A stretch of 64,000 nt of DNA from a virus, in the IMG/VR virus record IMGVR_UViG_3300025312_000002, positions 18,512-82,511 of that record; one strand, 5' to 3'. Positions 10,220 through 19,665 of this stretch are shown one piece after another; within the stretch, counting starts at the first letter, position 1, and every line of letters begins with the position of its first letter. The notes under the pieces are model-generated. The model was not told where the DNA came from. It made no database searches and saw nothing but the letters and a program-made list of their open reading frames with translations. Both the position numbers and the translations under genes were made by a program.

Positions 10220-10417
10220 TTACTTATTTAACCTCTTTTTTAAAATCAGTTTCTTTTGTAAAGCAATTCCGATTTCTGCTTCTTCTCGATGGTAGAAAGT
10301 AACAAGTCTATGATACTCACAACCGTAATCTTTGATCTTTTTAATCAATTTCTTTTCCTCAGCAGGATTTGAAAGAGAGGGGAAATTGCCGGACAAAAAC
10401 AGGATGATTTTACTCAC
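10220..10417 (-). CDS. hypothetical protein
   Basis: 65-aa ORF coupled to HNH gene stop. Confidence 0.5.
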   Translation of the reverse strand: MSKIILFLSGNFPSLSNPAEEKKLIKKIKDYGCEYHRLVTFYHREEAEIGIALQKKLILKKRLNK

Positions 10418-11058
10418 CTCCTTTTAATTAAATTAGGCTTAGCAAATTTTCCGAATAACTCTTTCGCTTTTTTATTATAAGCAAGTCCGGCTTCTTCTTT
10501 TGTATCAAAATAACCCAAATGAAACCTATGATGATTAAAATAGATTTGTGCCATCCATCTACTTGTTTTTCCAGGGTTTACATACCATGTTACACCTCTA
10601 AGTCCTGATGTATTATTATTTTGCATTTTCTTTTTTAGTTGATTTTGTTGCATAGTACAGATTTGTAAATTATTACTCCGTCTATTGTTTAACGTATTTC
10701 CATCAATATGATCAACACACATCATTCTTGAAGGTTTAAAACCCATTAAAAATGTATTTAAATGACCTACTTCATTATTCATTACTCTTTCATTACCATA
10801 ACTATCTGTATATTGACACCATTTATAAGGTTTACATTTTTCATAATCTTCAGCATCTATAATAGCTTCACCTTTTGGATTAGAATATTTATCATATAAA
10901 ATAATTCTACAAATATCTCCCTCAATAATAAATTCGTTTGGATCTCTATTGTTCCTTGTTCTTGTTTCACCATACCTTTTAAATTGATTTGCATGTCTTT
11001 TACAAAAACCATGAACTAAATGTTTTTCATTACATCCTTCAACTATGCATACTCTCAT
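10414..11058 (-). CDS. HNH homing endonuclease with AP2 domain
   Basis: N-terminal C..C..CKRH zinc motif, VDHIDGNTLNNRRSNNL, NTSGLRGV..HLGYFDT..AYN..A..LFG AP2. Confidence 0.9.
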   Translation of the reverse strand: MRVCIVEGCNEKHLVHGFCKRHANQFKRYGETRTRNNRDPNEFIIEGDICRIILYDKYSNPKGEAIIDAEDYEKCKPYKWCQYTDSYGNERVMNNEVGHLNTFLMGFKPSRMMCVDHIDGNTLNNRRSNNLQICTMQQNQLKKKMQNNNTSGLRGVTWYVNPGKTSRWMAQIYFNHHRFHLGYFDTKEEAGLAYNKKAKELFGKFAKPNLIKRR

Positions 11059-11081
11059 AAGAAAATTCCTCCTTATGAAAA

Positions 11082-11110
11082 ATGATACAGGAAAGAAAAT
11101 TGTTTGTCAA
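11082..11110 (-). promoter_or_regulatory. sigma70 promoter upstream of HNH gene
   Basis: TTGACA-N17-TATCAT. Confidence 0.7.
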
Positions 11111-11148
11111 GAAATAATATTACCTATTTTATAACAAAATTATTGTAA

Positions 11149-11346
11149 TCACCTTCCTTTCTTAGTTTTCTTTACTTTTGGAAACAATCTTCTGATCGTT
11201 CCTTTTTCATCAACTTTATAATTTCGATCTGAAGCTATTAACATGTTTGGATCTTTTTCTGAAGGCTTCATAAGGAAAACAGCTTTATTCCTATTAATAG
11301 TTCGTCCATCATCAAGTGTGATTATATCAATTTGAGCAGATTTCAT
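11149..11346 (-). CDS. hypothetical protein
   Basis: 65-aa ORF in operon. Confidence 0.5.
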   Translation of the reverse strand: MKSAQIDIITLDDGRTINRNKAVFLMKPSEKDPNMLIASDRNYKVDEKGTIRRLFPKVKKTKKGR

Positions 11347-11348
11347 AT

Positions 11349-11687
11349 TTAATCTCCTGTAACGTATGCTCCGTTTTCACCGTCTTCATTACACTCAACT
11401 TTTACAACAGGCATATCACATACTTGTAAAAAATAAAAGATTTCAGCAGCTACCATTTCACAAGATTTTTGTCCTAAATTATTTTTGTATTCGTAATGGA
11501 TATGCCAATCAAGAAGTTTTTTCTCCTGAAAAAACTCAATTTCCCGATCATTATGTTTGACTTCAAAATCAACTCGTACATGAAAAATATGTCTATGAGG
11601 GTTTTTAAGGAAAGCAACATCATCAGGAGCATCTTTCCAATAATGTGTAGCAATGAATTGTGTTTGGATGTAGATAAAAGTGCTCAT
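11349..11687 (-). CDS. QueD/PTPS-like T-fold protein (second paralog)
   Basis: HYW..AP..V.FL..PHRHIFHVRV..DREIEF, SCEM, EDGENG; likely start is the Met at 11687 after SD. Confidence 0.7.
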   Translation of the reverse strand: MSTFIYIQTQFIATHYWKDAPDDVAFLKNPHRHIFHVRVDFEVKHNDREIEFFQEKKLLDWHIHYEYKNNLGQKSCEMVAAEIFYFLQVCDMPVVKVECNEDGENGAYVTGD

Positions 11688-11852
11688 ATATTCCTTTCTA
11701 AACAATAGAAAATGAATTATTTTTGTGATTAATATCAATTGATGCATCTTCTAAATCGTCTGTGTCGAATCCACAATTAATGTCAATATATTCAATTTTC
11801 ATATCGTTTGTTACTCCCTTTTCTTCAAGAGCTTTTTTAAATTGTCCCCATG

Positions 11853-12041
11853 TCATAATTTCAAATCCCAATCCTTTCGATATTTTAACTCTTTGTCAAC
11901 AAGAGGAACTAAATCTTTAAACTTTTTACTGAACCAACCTTGTTCTAAAAGCCAGTTCAAATAAGAATCAGGAATGTCAGCAATTAAAGTTCCTTTCCAC
12001 TGCCCGAAAGGAACTACTCGATCAACATATTCATCTTTCAT
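11853..12041 (-). CDS. DUF3820-like small protein
   Basis: VPFGQWKG..IADIPDSYLNWL motif. Confidence 0.7.
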   Translation of the reverse strand: MKDEYVDRVVPFGQWKGTLIADIPDSYLNWLLEQGWFSKKFKDLVPLVDKELKYRKDWDLKL

Positions 12042-12086
12042 AAAAACACTATAACATCCTTTTCTAAAAATTAGAAAATCCGTTTG

Positions 12087-12215
12087 TCAGTCAAATAAGG
12101 TCTTGCTTCTGATTAATTCTTTTTTCACTTTTTGGGTTGGAGTAATATTAAGATAATCATAATCTTCATCATCTACTAAAGCATATTGATTTTGAGTTAA
12201 TTTAATTTGTTTCAT
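12087..12215 (-). pseudogene. truncated HNH endonuclease remnant
   Basis: 42-aa ORF beginning MKQIKLTQNQYALVDDEDYDYLN, matching the N-terminus of the HNH at 17014-17493, then diverging and ending. Confidence 0.6.
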
Positions 12216-12217
12216 AG

Positions 12218-13144
12218 TCAAAACAACCTCCTTGTTTTGTTATAATATGCCCAAGGGTACTCCGGAATTTGCTTTTCCATATCAAGAAAGAAATAAAGAT
12301 TGGCATCATCCCGTTTCCGATAATCATTACAAACACCTGCTTCTATAATAATCTCAACTTCATCTTTCTTTTTAAAATCAAGCCATTTTTCATTTTCTTG
12401 CAGTTTATAACCTTTTTCTACTTTTTTGTATTCAGAAATTCCAAGAGACAGCCCTCTCATTTCAAAATAGGAAACAAGTTCTTTCTTCTGAAGTGCTGTT
12501 ACGTTATCAATATGAGTTCCAGGAATATTGATATGCCAGTTCCTCCAAGATGTTTTGATTAAATAAGGAGGTATTGAGTAATCATATTTTCCTTTTGTTT
12601 TTCTCGGAACAATAATTCCTCCATATTTCCCATAAATGACCCAGCTTGCGCTGTCGATACTCCACCATGGGTATTTAACAATCAATTCAGGCGCTCCAAT
12701 TGCAAAGCCATGAACTTTAACTCTAGGAAGTCGATCAGGAGTGTCACAGATAATATTGAAAATAGGATCACCCATAGTTTTAATCCAAGTCTTCTTTCCT
12801 ACAGTTTGTCCAATTCCTCCTATTCCGATATAATCATAATTATCAATGTATTTATATAGCCATTTAAAATCTTCATAAGAATGAAAGACAGGAAGAGGAT
12901 GAAGCTTATGCGTGTTTTCTAAATACTTTTGTACTTTCCACGTCAATTCGGAGTTAAATATTACATCTATGTTGATATATGTTGTGACTGTGTCTTTGTG
13001 CAGCTTGATAAATTCTGCATACTCATCAACATATTTCCAGAAGGCATCAGTTTCATAAAAACTAAAGTCATTCTTATAAGCTGTTTTTGTGAACTCCTTG
13101 TAAAGACTATGTGCTCCACTGTCTAACATAATCATATTGTCCAA
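12218..13144 (-). CDS. DpdA-like / TGT-fold DNA transglycosylase
   Basis: MLDSGAHS, NIDVI, PVFH, YIGIGG, KVHGFA, WWSIDSASW motifs; near folE/queD/queE. Confidence 0.8.
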   Translation of the reverse strand: MDNMIMLDSGAHSLYKEFTKTAYKNDFSFYETDAFWKYVDEYAEFIKLHKDTVTTYINIDVIFNSELTWKVQKYLENTHKLHPLPVFHSYEDFKWLYKYIDNYDYIGIGGIGQTVGKKTWIKTMGDPIFNIICDTPDRLPRVKVHGFAIGAPELIVKYPWWSIDSASWVIYGKYGGIIVPRKTKGKYDYSIPPYLIKTSWRNWHINIPGTHIDNVTALQKKELVSYFEMRGLSLGISEYKKVEKGYKLQENEKWLDFKKKDEVEIIIEAGVCNDYRKRDDANLYFFLDMEKQIPEYPWAYYNKTRRLF

Positions 13145-13782
13145 AGCCCTTCGTCAGCAAATTGTAACCCATCACAATTCTTACATAGATCATAATTACC
13201 TTTAGGAGCAACCCCTTCCCAAATAGTGCCTATTATTTCTTTCCCATCATAATCGCAGCAACAAGGAACAATATCTCCGTTCCAAAGCACACATACATAA
13301 TTATACTTTTTGAAATAACAGGTTCCAGATACTTCAGATTTGCCTTCAATAGCTCCTGCAAAGTTTATAAAAGGTTTACTGCCTTTATCTACACTGTGAT
13401 AGCGAAATTTTACGTTCTCAATTTCACATATTGCTGAATAGGTTTTTATGATGTTCTCTGTTTCAAACGAGTCTGTAGCTAATTGGACAAGGTAAGGGTG
13501 AGCTAAGATAGCTTTAGTTAGTGCTGAAAGGTTTGACCCGTTTGTAGAAAACCCTACCTTTTTATTGCTCCTGTTTGCTAGCCGAATAAAATCAGGAAGC
13601 AACGAATTCAGAGTAGGTTCTCCAAAATGATGTAAGGCAAAATAATCATTGTCCATGACTTTCAAAACCTGAAGAAAAGTTTTATGGGGCATATTGCCTT
13701 GTTTTCTTGTCATCTTACTGTGTGGGCAATAAGAACAAGCGGCATTGCAGTGAGCTGATGTTTCTACTTGATATATGTTCAA
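13132..13782 (-). CDS. radical SAM protein with SPASM/twitch domain
   Basis: CNAACSYC, HFGEP, STNG, NGDIVPCCCD, LCKNC. Confidence 0.88.
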   Translation of the reverse strand: MNIYQVETSAHCNAACSYCPHSKMTRKQGNMPHKTFLQVLKVMDNDYFALHHFGEPTLNSLLPDFIRLANRSNKKVGFSTNGSNLSALTKAILAHPYLVQLATDSFETENIIKTYSAICEIENVKFRYHSVDKGSKPFINFAGAIEGKSEVSGTCYFKKYNYVCVLWNGDIVPCCCDYDGKEIIGTIWEGVAPKGNYDLCKNCDGLQFADEGLWTI

Positions 13783-14783
13783 AATGATTTTATCTCCTTA
13801 ATCATTTTTCCAATTGCTGAAGAGCCGATAAGCTCAAGTTTTTTCTTTTGTCTTACTCGTGCTTCTTCAAAAGCAAAAGGAGCTTCCATCATTGTAGATA
13901 AAAGATGAACACCTTCTTGTTTAGAAGTATATTTAAAAACAGACTCATAGAGTTCAGCATATGCAAGAGCATCAGGAACTAAAACAAGACAATCAGCAAA
14001 AACAGCTTCAATCATAGCAAACCCGAAGGTTTCCTGCTCTGCAAAGGAAACCGCAATTTTAGATTTTTGGAGCAGATCATAATATTCTCTTTTATTGTGG
14101 CATACTTCTTTTGTTTTGATAAATTTATAATCAGTTCCTTTCATTCGAGAACTCGTTTCAAGTTCATTAAACAAATGAGGGTTCTTTTCGGAATCAAGTC
14201 GATGTGGAAAAACAACAATGTTTTCTTTAGGAGCTGTTCTGTTAGGAACTTCCCAATACACAGGATGTCCTGTTACAATTAATTTCTTCGGATCACAATC
14301 TCTATGCTCAAGTATTAATCTCTTGTGAAACTCAGTAGCAACAAATATTTTATCAAGGATTTTAAACCAGGAATTTTCTAAGTCCTTCCCCCAATAACCC
14401 ATTCCTCTTTTGAAAGTAAAATCATAGGGATCATAAGTTCCTGCAAAAATACATCCACATATCTTTACATCTCGATTTAATCCGTCTCTCATATAAGCTG
14501 CTGCTTCAAGTCCTGGATGCCAAATATCGTGGAAGAAAAGAACATCTCCATCAGTAATTTCATCTTTATAGAACATTGATGCAATGACGGCATTCTGAGT
14601 TGCCTTGAAATAATTTGTTGCAGCTACATCTAAAAAACTCCCGCGTTCAATTTTATTTGTAAGTGGAGTTGGATGAATCGTAATAAAAGGAAAATCATGC
14701 TTTGTAAATTCTTCTGGAAACCATGAATTCCACTGTTGGGAATAGCGTTCTTCTAAACTTTCGATCGGGATATTTATAAGCAT
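13779..14783 (-). CDS. GT-B (GT4-like) glycosyltransferase
   Basis: IESLEERY, FPHRLDSEK, QETFGFAMIEA; likely start MLINIPIE at 14783. Confidence 0.85.
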   Translation of the reverse strand: MLINIPIESLEERYSQQWNSWFPEEFTKHDFPFITIHPTPLTNKIERGSFLDVAATNYFKATQNAVIASMFYKDEITDGDVLFFHDIWHPGLEAAAYMRDGLNRDVKICGCIFAGTYDPYDFTFKRGMGYWGKDLENSWFKILDKIFVATEFHKRLILEHRDCDPKKLIVTGHPVYWEVPNRTAPKENIVVFPHRLDSEKNPHLFNELETSSRMKGTDYKFIKTKEVCHNKREYYDLLQKSKIAVSFAEQETFGFAMIEAVFADCLVLVPDALAYAELYESVFKYTSKQEGVHLLSTMMEAPFAFEEARVRQKKKLELIGSSAIGKMIKEIKSF

Positions 14784-14784
14784 A

Positions 14785-15696
14785 TTACAAATCCCATCCT
14801 TCTCTGATTTTAAGAACTTTAGGCATCCTTGGCTTATCAATACTTCCGTACTTTTGATACTTGATGGATACAATACGACCAATGAAATCTTCTTTATGAT
14901 TCCAAATATCTTGTTTCAGAACATCAGTAAAACCTGAACCTGGGCCTGCTTTGAATGATTCAACAGTAGGCCACATAGGTGATCGACAAATAAAATTGCC
15001 TAAAGTTCCTTTTGGATGTTTGTTCTCTTGATGGGAAGAACGATGACTTAATCCTCTACTATCAGTAATCTTCTCATTAAGATTTTCCGTTGCTTCTTCA
15101 AAACCAATTATTTCTGCATCACATTCTTCAAAGGGTTTCCGTTTGAAAATATTTTGCTCTCTCAGAGTAGTTCTCCCTTCTTTATATTTTCCCCATAAAG
15201 AACGGATCATAGCTCCTTCGTATCCTTTTTCTACCATTTCTTGCTCAAAAGCTATGACTTCATCAGCATTCTTAAGGAATTTTTGTTCTAATACAATTAT
15301 TCTTCCTTCTTCAGTAGGAAGAGATTGTATCCATCTATCATTATAAGATGATCCTCCATACTTCCAATTATCAAAGACAAACAGTTTGAAGTTAGGTTCT
15401 CCGTCAAATCTCCGAATAGGGCCAGATGTTCTATGAAAAACATCATCGTCATCATTTTCTTTATATGGAGCACCGACTACTATCTCCCCATCAAGTCCTA
15501 AATAGGTAGGATTTTTTAGTGTTTCAGCTACAAAACGATTTGTAAATGGTTTCATGGAAGAAGTTAATCCTCCTCTTTCGTCAACAAGACATCTGAATCC
15601 ATCTAGTTTAGGACTTCCTACAACGGGAAATTTGATTGATTTGAGTTCTGCATCTGTAATTGGATCGGTGGGTGCTTTCATAGGCCGAAGTAGCAT
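14785..15696 (-). CDS. ATP-dependent DNA ligase
   Basis: PKLDGFR, LDGEI, VFD, GYEGAMIR, KRKP, PRMP motifs. Confidence 0.93.
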   Translation of the reverse strand: MLLRPMKAPTDPITDAELKSIKFPVVGSPKLDGFRCLVDERGGLTSSMKPFTNRFVAETLKNPTYLGLDGEIVVGAPYKENDDDDVFHRTSGPIRRFDGEPNFKLFVFDNWKYGGSSYNDRWIQSLPTEEGRIIVLEQKFLKNADEVIAFEQEMVEKGYEGAMIRSLWGKYKEGRTTLREQNIFKRKPFEECDAEIIGFEEATENLNEKITDSRGLSHRSSHQENKHPKGTLGNFICRSPMWPTVESFKAGPGSGFTDVLKQDIWNHKEDFIGRIVSIKYQKYGSIDKPRMPKVLKIREGWDL

Positions 15697-15727
15697 ACAT
15701 TTTCCTTTTTCACCTGTAAGATGATTG

Positions 15728-16300
15728 TTATTTTGTCATTTGGATAAGAGCTAAACCTTTTGCTTCAAGTTCCCGACTTGTTCTAAAAACTCCCCGTGTT
15801 ATTGATGTAGTTAATCCTGCATTTAATCCTGTTTTTACTCCTCTGGAAGACATACACGAATGAACAGCTCTCATAACTAACATACAGCCTTTAGGAGCAA
15901 TTATTTTTTCAAAGGCATCAACAATCTCAATTCCTAAATTCTCTTGAATTTGAGGCTTGCTGCTGTAAAAATTGATGAGTCTTGCAACCTTTGAAGCACC
16001 TATCAACAGTTTGTTAGGAAGATAAAGAAAATAAGCAAGGCCACTGAAGAAAACTAGATGATGAGAACATAGAGAAGTAAAGGGAATATTATCTAGCATT
16101 ATAATTTCATCATAGTTTTTATCATTTGAGAAGGTTGTAACTTCTTCTTCCGTCGGCTCATCTGCATCAATGTTTTTAGTAAGTTCGATCAGCATCTTTG
16201 CTACTCGCATTGGGGTTTCTTTTAGATTTGCATCCTCAAGATTTAAACCCAATGCGAGTAAAGCATCACTAATTGATTTTTCAATTAGTTGTTGTTTCAT
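15728..16300 (-). CDS. folE: GTP cyclohydrolase I
   Basis: ETPMRVA, SLCSHHL, GASKVAR, QIQE, HSCMSSRG. Confidence 0.95.
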   Translation of the reverse strand: MKQQLIEKSISDALLALGLNLEDANLKETPMRVAKMLIELTKNIDADEPTEEEVTTFSNDKNYDEIIMLDNIPFTSLCSHHLVFFSGLAYFLYLPNKLLIGASKVARLINFYSSKPQIQENLGIEIVDAFEKIIAPKGCMLVMRAVHSCMSSRGVKTGLNAGLTTSITRGVFRTSRELEAKGLALIQMTK

Positions 16301-16965
16301 TACTTCTTACCTTTCGGAGCAGGCTTCGGAGCTAGAGCTGCTTTCTTCTTCATTCCTTCAGGCTCATAATAAAATCTGCCTTCTCTTTGAACAACCGGAA
16401 TTTTTTTCAGGTGGATAATAGCATATAAATGAGAATTAGCAGTTCTTCCACTTGCTGCTTCCATCTCGGCTTTTGTTGTTCCTGCATCACCTGAATCAAT
16501 GATTGCCCTATTGATCAGATTTGCTCCTGTTCCGACAACATAACCAAATTCATCCTTTTCAAAAACTCTCGGAGCAGGCACTTTACGTTCTTTCTTTTCT
16601 TTAACAGGAGCTTCTTCTTTTGCTTTAGGAGCAGGCTCAACTTTTTTTGCTTCTTCTTTTGCTTTAGGAGCAGGCTTCTTTGCAGCAGGAGTCGGAGCTT
16701 TCTCTTCAGCAGATTCATCATTAGCTGATTCATCATCAGCAGATTCATCATCAGCAGTAACTTTATTGTAGAAAACAATAACTTCCGAAGGAAGGTCATT
16801 AGCTTTTTCATCAGGAATGCTCTCTACTGTTGAAACAAAAAGGGACAACAAATCTTCTTTCTTTTTACCAATTACAATGATCTTCTTTTCAGCAAGGCCA
16901 CTTTCATTAAGAAGTTTGATGGTGCTTCTCACCTCACTCAAATCTACTGTTTCTGCATTTACCAT
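16300..16965 (-). CDS. hypothetical protein with low-complexity linker and possible C-terminal DNA-binding domain
   Basis: ADDES x3 and PAPKAKEEA x2 repeats; basic C-terminus. Confidence 0.6.
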   Translation of the reverse strand: MVNAETVDLSEVRSTIKLLNESGLAEKKIIVIGKKKEDLLSLFVSTVESIPDEKANDLPSEVIVFYNKVTADDESADDESANDESAEEKAPTPAAKKPAPKAKEEAKKVEPAPKAKEEAPVKEKKERKVPAPRVFEKDEFGYVVGTGANLINRAIIDSGDAGTTKAEMEAASGRTANSHLYAIIHLKKIPVVQREGRFYYEPEGMKKKAALAPKPAPKGKK

Positions 16966-17013
16966 TGTTCTTTCCTCCTTAAAATTGTTAATAAAATTAG
17001 ATTTCTAGGAAAT

Positions 17014-17493
17014 CTATTGACTGAAATTCAAACAAGCAAATTCACCAAATTCTTTTTTAGCTGCTTCATTATATGCTAAAGCTGCTTCAATTTCTGTGGT
17101 ATAAAGACCCAAATGAATTTTTATTTTATTTATTCTAATTTGGGCTCTCCATTTTTGAGAGAATAAATGCCAAGAAACACCTTTCAAAGGTGATGTTGCT
17201 TTTTTTGTTTTTCTTCTGTTTCCTTGATTTTGCTGATCAGTACAACGCCTTAAATTGTATTTTTGATTATTTAATCCATAATGATCTTTATGATCCACTT
17301 TTTGATTCCTCGGAGTATTCATAAGAACTCTGTGCATACGAATAGTTGTCCACATTCCTTTTATTTGGATGTTTCTAGAAGCATAGAATGTGTATTTTGT
17401 TTTAAGAGCAAACCAATTAAACTGATTCAAATATTCAAAATCTTCATCATCGACTTGAGCAAATACTCCTTGTGTTAATGGAATTAGTTTCAT
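17014..17493 (-). CDS. HNH homing endonuclease with AP2 domain
   Basis: MHR..VDHKDHYGLNNQKYNLR; KGVSW..HLGLY..AALAYNEAA..FGEFA. Confidence 0.9.
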   Translation of the reverse strand: MKLIPLTQGVFAQVDDEDFEYLNQFNWFALKTKYTFYASRNIQIKGMWTTIRMHRVLMNTPRNQKVDHKDHYGLNNQKYNLRRCTDQQNQGNRRKTKKATSPLKGVSWHLFSQKWRAQIRINKIKIHLGLYTTEIEAALAYNEAAKKEFGEFACLNFSQ

Positions 17494-17582
17494 TTTTTAT
17501 TTTCCTGTTTCTTGATTACTTATATCATAGCATAGTCCACTCAAAATTGTAAAGATTTATTTGGGCTTATAATGTATTGAAA

Positions 17583-18248
17583 TCATGTAGGTTCCGCAAT
17601 ATTCAAAAGCTTATGTAATTGGACATTTAAAATTGCATCATTTAAATTTGCTTCTTTCATCCAATTTAGAAGATCATTAGGCTCTATTTTTCCAAATACA
17701 GGAGAAAATGAAAAATCACAATAACCAAAAGAAGTATATTTTATTTTTTTCATAGCTGTAAGAGCCTCCGCAAAATCATCCTTTGTTTCTATAACAAACT
17801 TTACAGTGTCTTTGGTGCGAAGTTCAGAAAAAGATGCAAGTTTCATCAGAGCAGAAACACTACTACTTTTTAATTTCCAATCTATAACGTAACGGCTCCT
17901 TAAAAAAAGGGCAGGAAAAAGAGTACCGTTTGTTTCAATTACTACTGAATACCCTTGTCCTTCTAGACTCTTTACAAGATTTTCAAGTTCTTTTCTCTGG
18001 AATAATGGTTCTCCCCCTGTTATCGTGATATATTTACAATTCAATAGTTTTACTTTTTTTATAATTGAAGGAAGAGACATACTTTTTCCTTCTTTTGGAT
18101 CAAATGCAAAAGGTGTATCACAATAACTACATTTTTTTCCTTCTGAGTAAAGGTTACATCCCTGCATCCGAATAAATGTTGTCATTCTTCCTTGTCCATT
18201 GCTTGATACTTCTCCATTTATTGATTTAAAAATGCTGTTAATTCTCAT
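17583..18248 (-). CDS. queE: 7-carboxy-7-deazaguanine synthase
   Basis: IFKSINGE, FIRMQGCNL..CSYCDT, ITGGEP, IETNG, QLHK. Confidence 0.93.
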   Translation of the reverse strand: MRINSIFKSINGEVSSNGQGRMTTFIRMQGCNLYSEGKKCSYCDTPFAFDPKEGKSMSLPSIIKKVKLLNCKYITITGGEPLFQRKELENLVKSLEGQGYSVVIETNGTLFPALFLRSRYVIDWKLKSSSVSALMKLASFSELRTKDTVKFVIETKDDFAEALTAMKKIKYTSFGYCDFSFSPVFGKIEPNDLLNWMKEANLNDAILNVQLHKLLNIAEPT

Positions 18249-18269
18249 TTTCCTACTCCTTTACATATT

Positions 18270-18470
18270 TTATGGTCTTTCTTTTAAATCGTAAACTTTA
18301 TCGTTAAGAACAACTCCTCCGAGTTTAACAGAATCAGACAATCTCTTTTCGATAATAAATCTATTTGCTCCGTATCCTCCAACAAAACAGCCTAGTAAAA
18401 ATACAGATAAAAACCAGAAGCATATTTTATGAACTATTTCAGATGTTAGTTTCATGCCGTGTAAATTCAT
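18270..18470 (-). CDS. small membrane protein
   Basis: Single hydrophobic helix. Confidence 0.5.
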   Translation of the reverse strand: MNLHGMKLTSEIVHKICFWFLSVFLLGCFVGGYGANRFIIEKRLSDSVKLGGVVLNDKVYDLKERP

Positions 18471-18952
18471 ATTACCTCCTTTAGTTTTCTTGTTAAGCTC
18501 AAAACTTTTTGAGCTTCTTGTTTTCCTCTTTGGCTAGTTATTGGCCACCCCTTGTAAAGAATTAACGCCAATGTTAAATTTCCTTTGGTTTGGATCAGTT
18601 TGTTTGCCAGGATATGGCTTCCTTCTAATGTATTGGCTGTCAATGATTCGAGTCTTGCCGGTATCTGCATCAATCCCCGATAATTCTTGCTGCTTATTGC
18701 TTTGGGTTGGAATCCTGATTCCGAGTGCATTAATGCTAGGATAAGTTCTTTTGAAATTCCTGTCTGAGTTGCTGAGATTGATACAGCTTTTGCTATCCGC
18801 TCTCCTGGATCGGGCAATCCCGCTTTGATTGCTGCTAGTCTCAATGTTTCTGTTGTTTTCACAGCCATCATTACTGGTGTTATTGCCACACTCATTATGT
18901 GTGTTTGATAGAGTAGGGCTGTTAATAGAATTATTACCAAAATGGGTTTCAT
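18467..18952 (-). CDS. lytic transglycosylase (SLT domain) with N-terminal signal/anchor
   Basis: LALMHSESGF, AISSKNYRGLMQI, ALILYKG. Confidence 0.85.
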   Translation of the reverse strand: MKPILVIILLTALLYQTHIMSVAITPVMMAVKTTETLRLAAIKAGLPDPGERIAKAVSISATQTGISKELILALMHSESGFQPKAISSKNYRGLMQIPARLESLTANTLEGSHILANKLIQTKGNLTLALILYKGWPITSQRGKQEAQKVLSLTRKLKEVI

Positions 18953-19074
18953 CTATTCCCTCCTTACGATTTAGAATTTTGCCTAGAAATAAATTAGTTT
19001 TATTCCCACAGAAAGGGCAGTATCTTGTTTGAGAATAATCAAAAACTTCTGAACAACCGGGGCATAAAAAAGTA

Positions 19075-19452
19075 TTAGCTAATTTCATTATTTCTCCACT
19101 CAGCATAAGAATCTTCTGTTTCCCAAAGCTTAACATTCACTAGTATTATTTTGTGTTTTATACATTCCGCATATAAATTATGTACAATGAATAAAAGCAT
19201 TTCTTCTGCTGTGGGATTGTCAAAAAAAGCATTTAAGTCACTATGATCTAATTTACCAACTATACCCGCTACAATTTTTTTAAGATCAACAAAATCAATG
19301 ATCATTCCTTGTTTATGTCCTTCTTTAATAATATTTCCTGTTACAGACACATCAAGAAAAAAACGATGTCCATGTGGTCTAAAACATTTTCCTTCATAAT
19401 AAGGAAGATGATGGGCAGCATCAAACTTAAATCTTTTTGTTACTGAAAGCAT
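19075..19452 (-). CDS. queD: 6-carboxytetrahydropterin synthase
   Basis: FDAAHHL, C.RPHGH, DF..LK, LDH..LN, PTAE, LWET; likely start MLSVTK at 19452. Confidence 0.93.
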   Translation of the reverse strand: MLSVTKRFKFDAAHHLPYYEGKCFRPHGHRFFLDVSVTGNIIKEGHKQGMIIDFVDLKKIVAGIVGKLDHSDLNAFFDNPTAEEMLLFIVHNLYAECIKHKIILVNVKLWETEDSYAEWRNNEIS

Positions 19453-19591
19453 AGTTTTCTCCTTTTTCCCTAAAAACAGAAATTCTTTTTGTGAAGCATT
19501 TTGGACAAAGAAAATTCTCTTCCGCTTGTTCATACTCTTTTTCAGTTATTTCGTAACTACAGTTTGGACAAAGATGAACTGACATATTGCT

Positions 19592-19635
19592 CTCCTTTTA
19601 TTTTTAATATAACACATTTTCCTAAAAACTGTAAA
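19592..19635 (-). promoter_or_regulatory. second copy of 44-bp promoter/SD element
   Basis: Identical to 6297-6340. Confidence 0.7.
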
Positions 19636-19665
19636 TTAACCCATTAAAGTTTTCTTACACTTTCA

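Noticed and set aside
10226-10245. A AAA AAG slippery heptamer at end of 65-aa ORF
   Set aside because: The -1 frame hits TAA before joining the downstream open frame
10414-11058. HNH genes as group I intron cargo
   Set aside because: No split host gene evident on either side; both have their own promoter and SD
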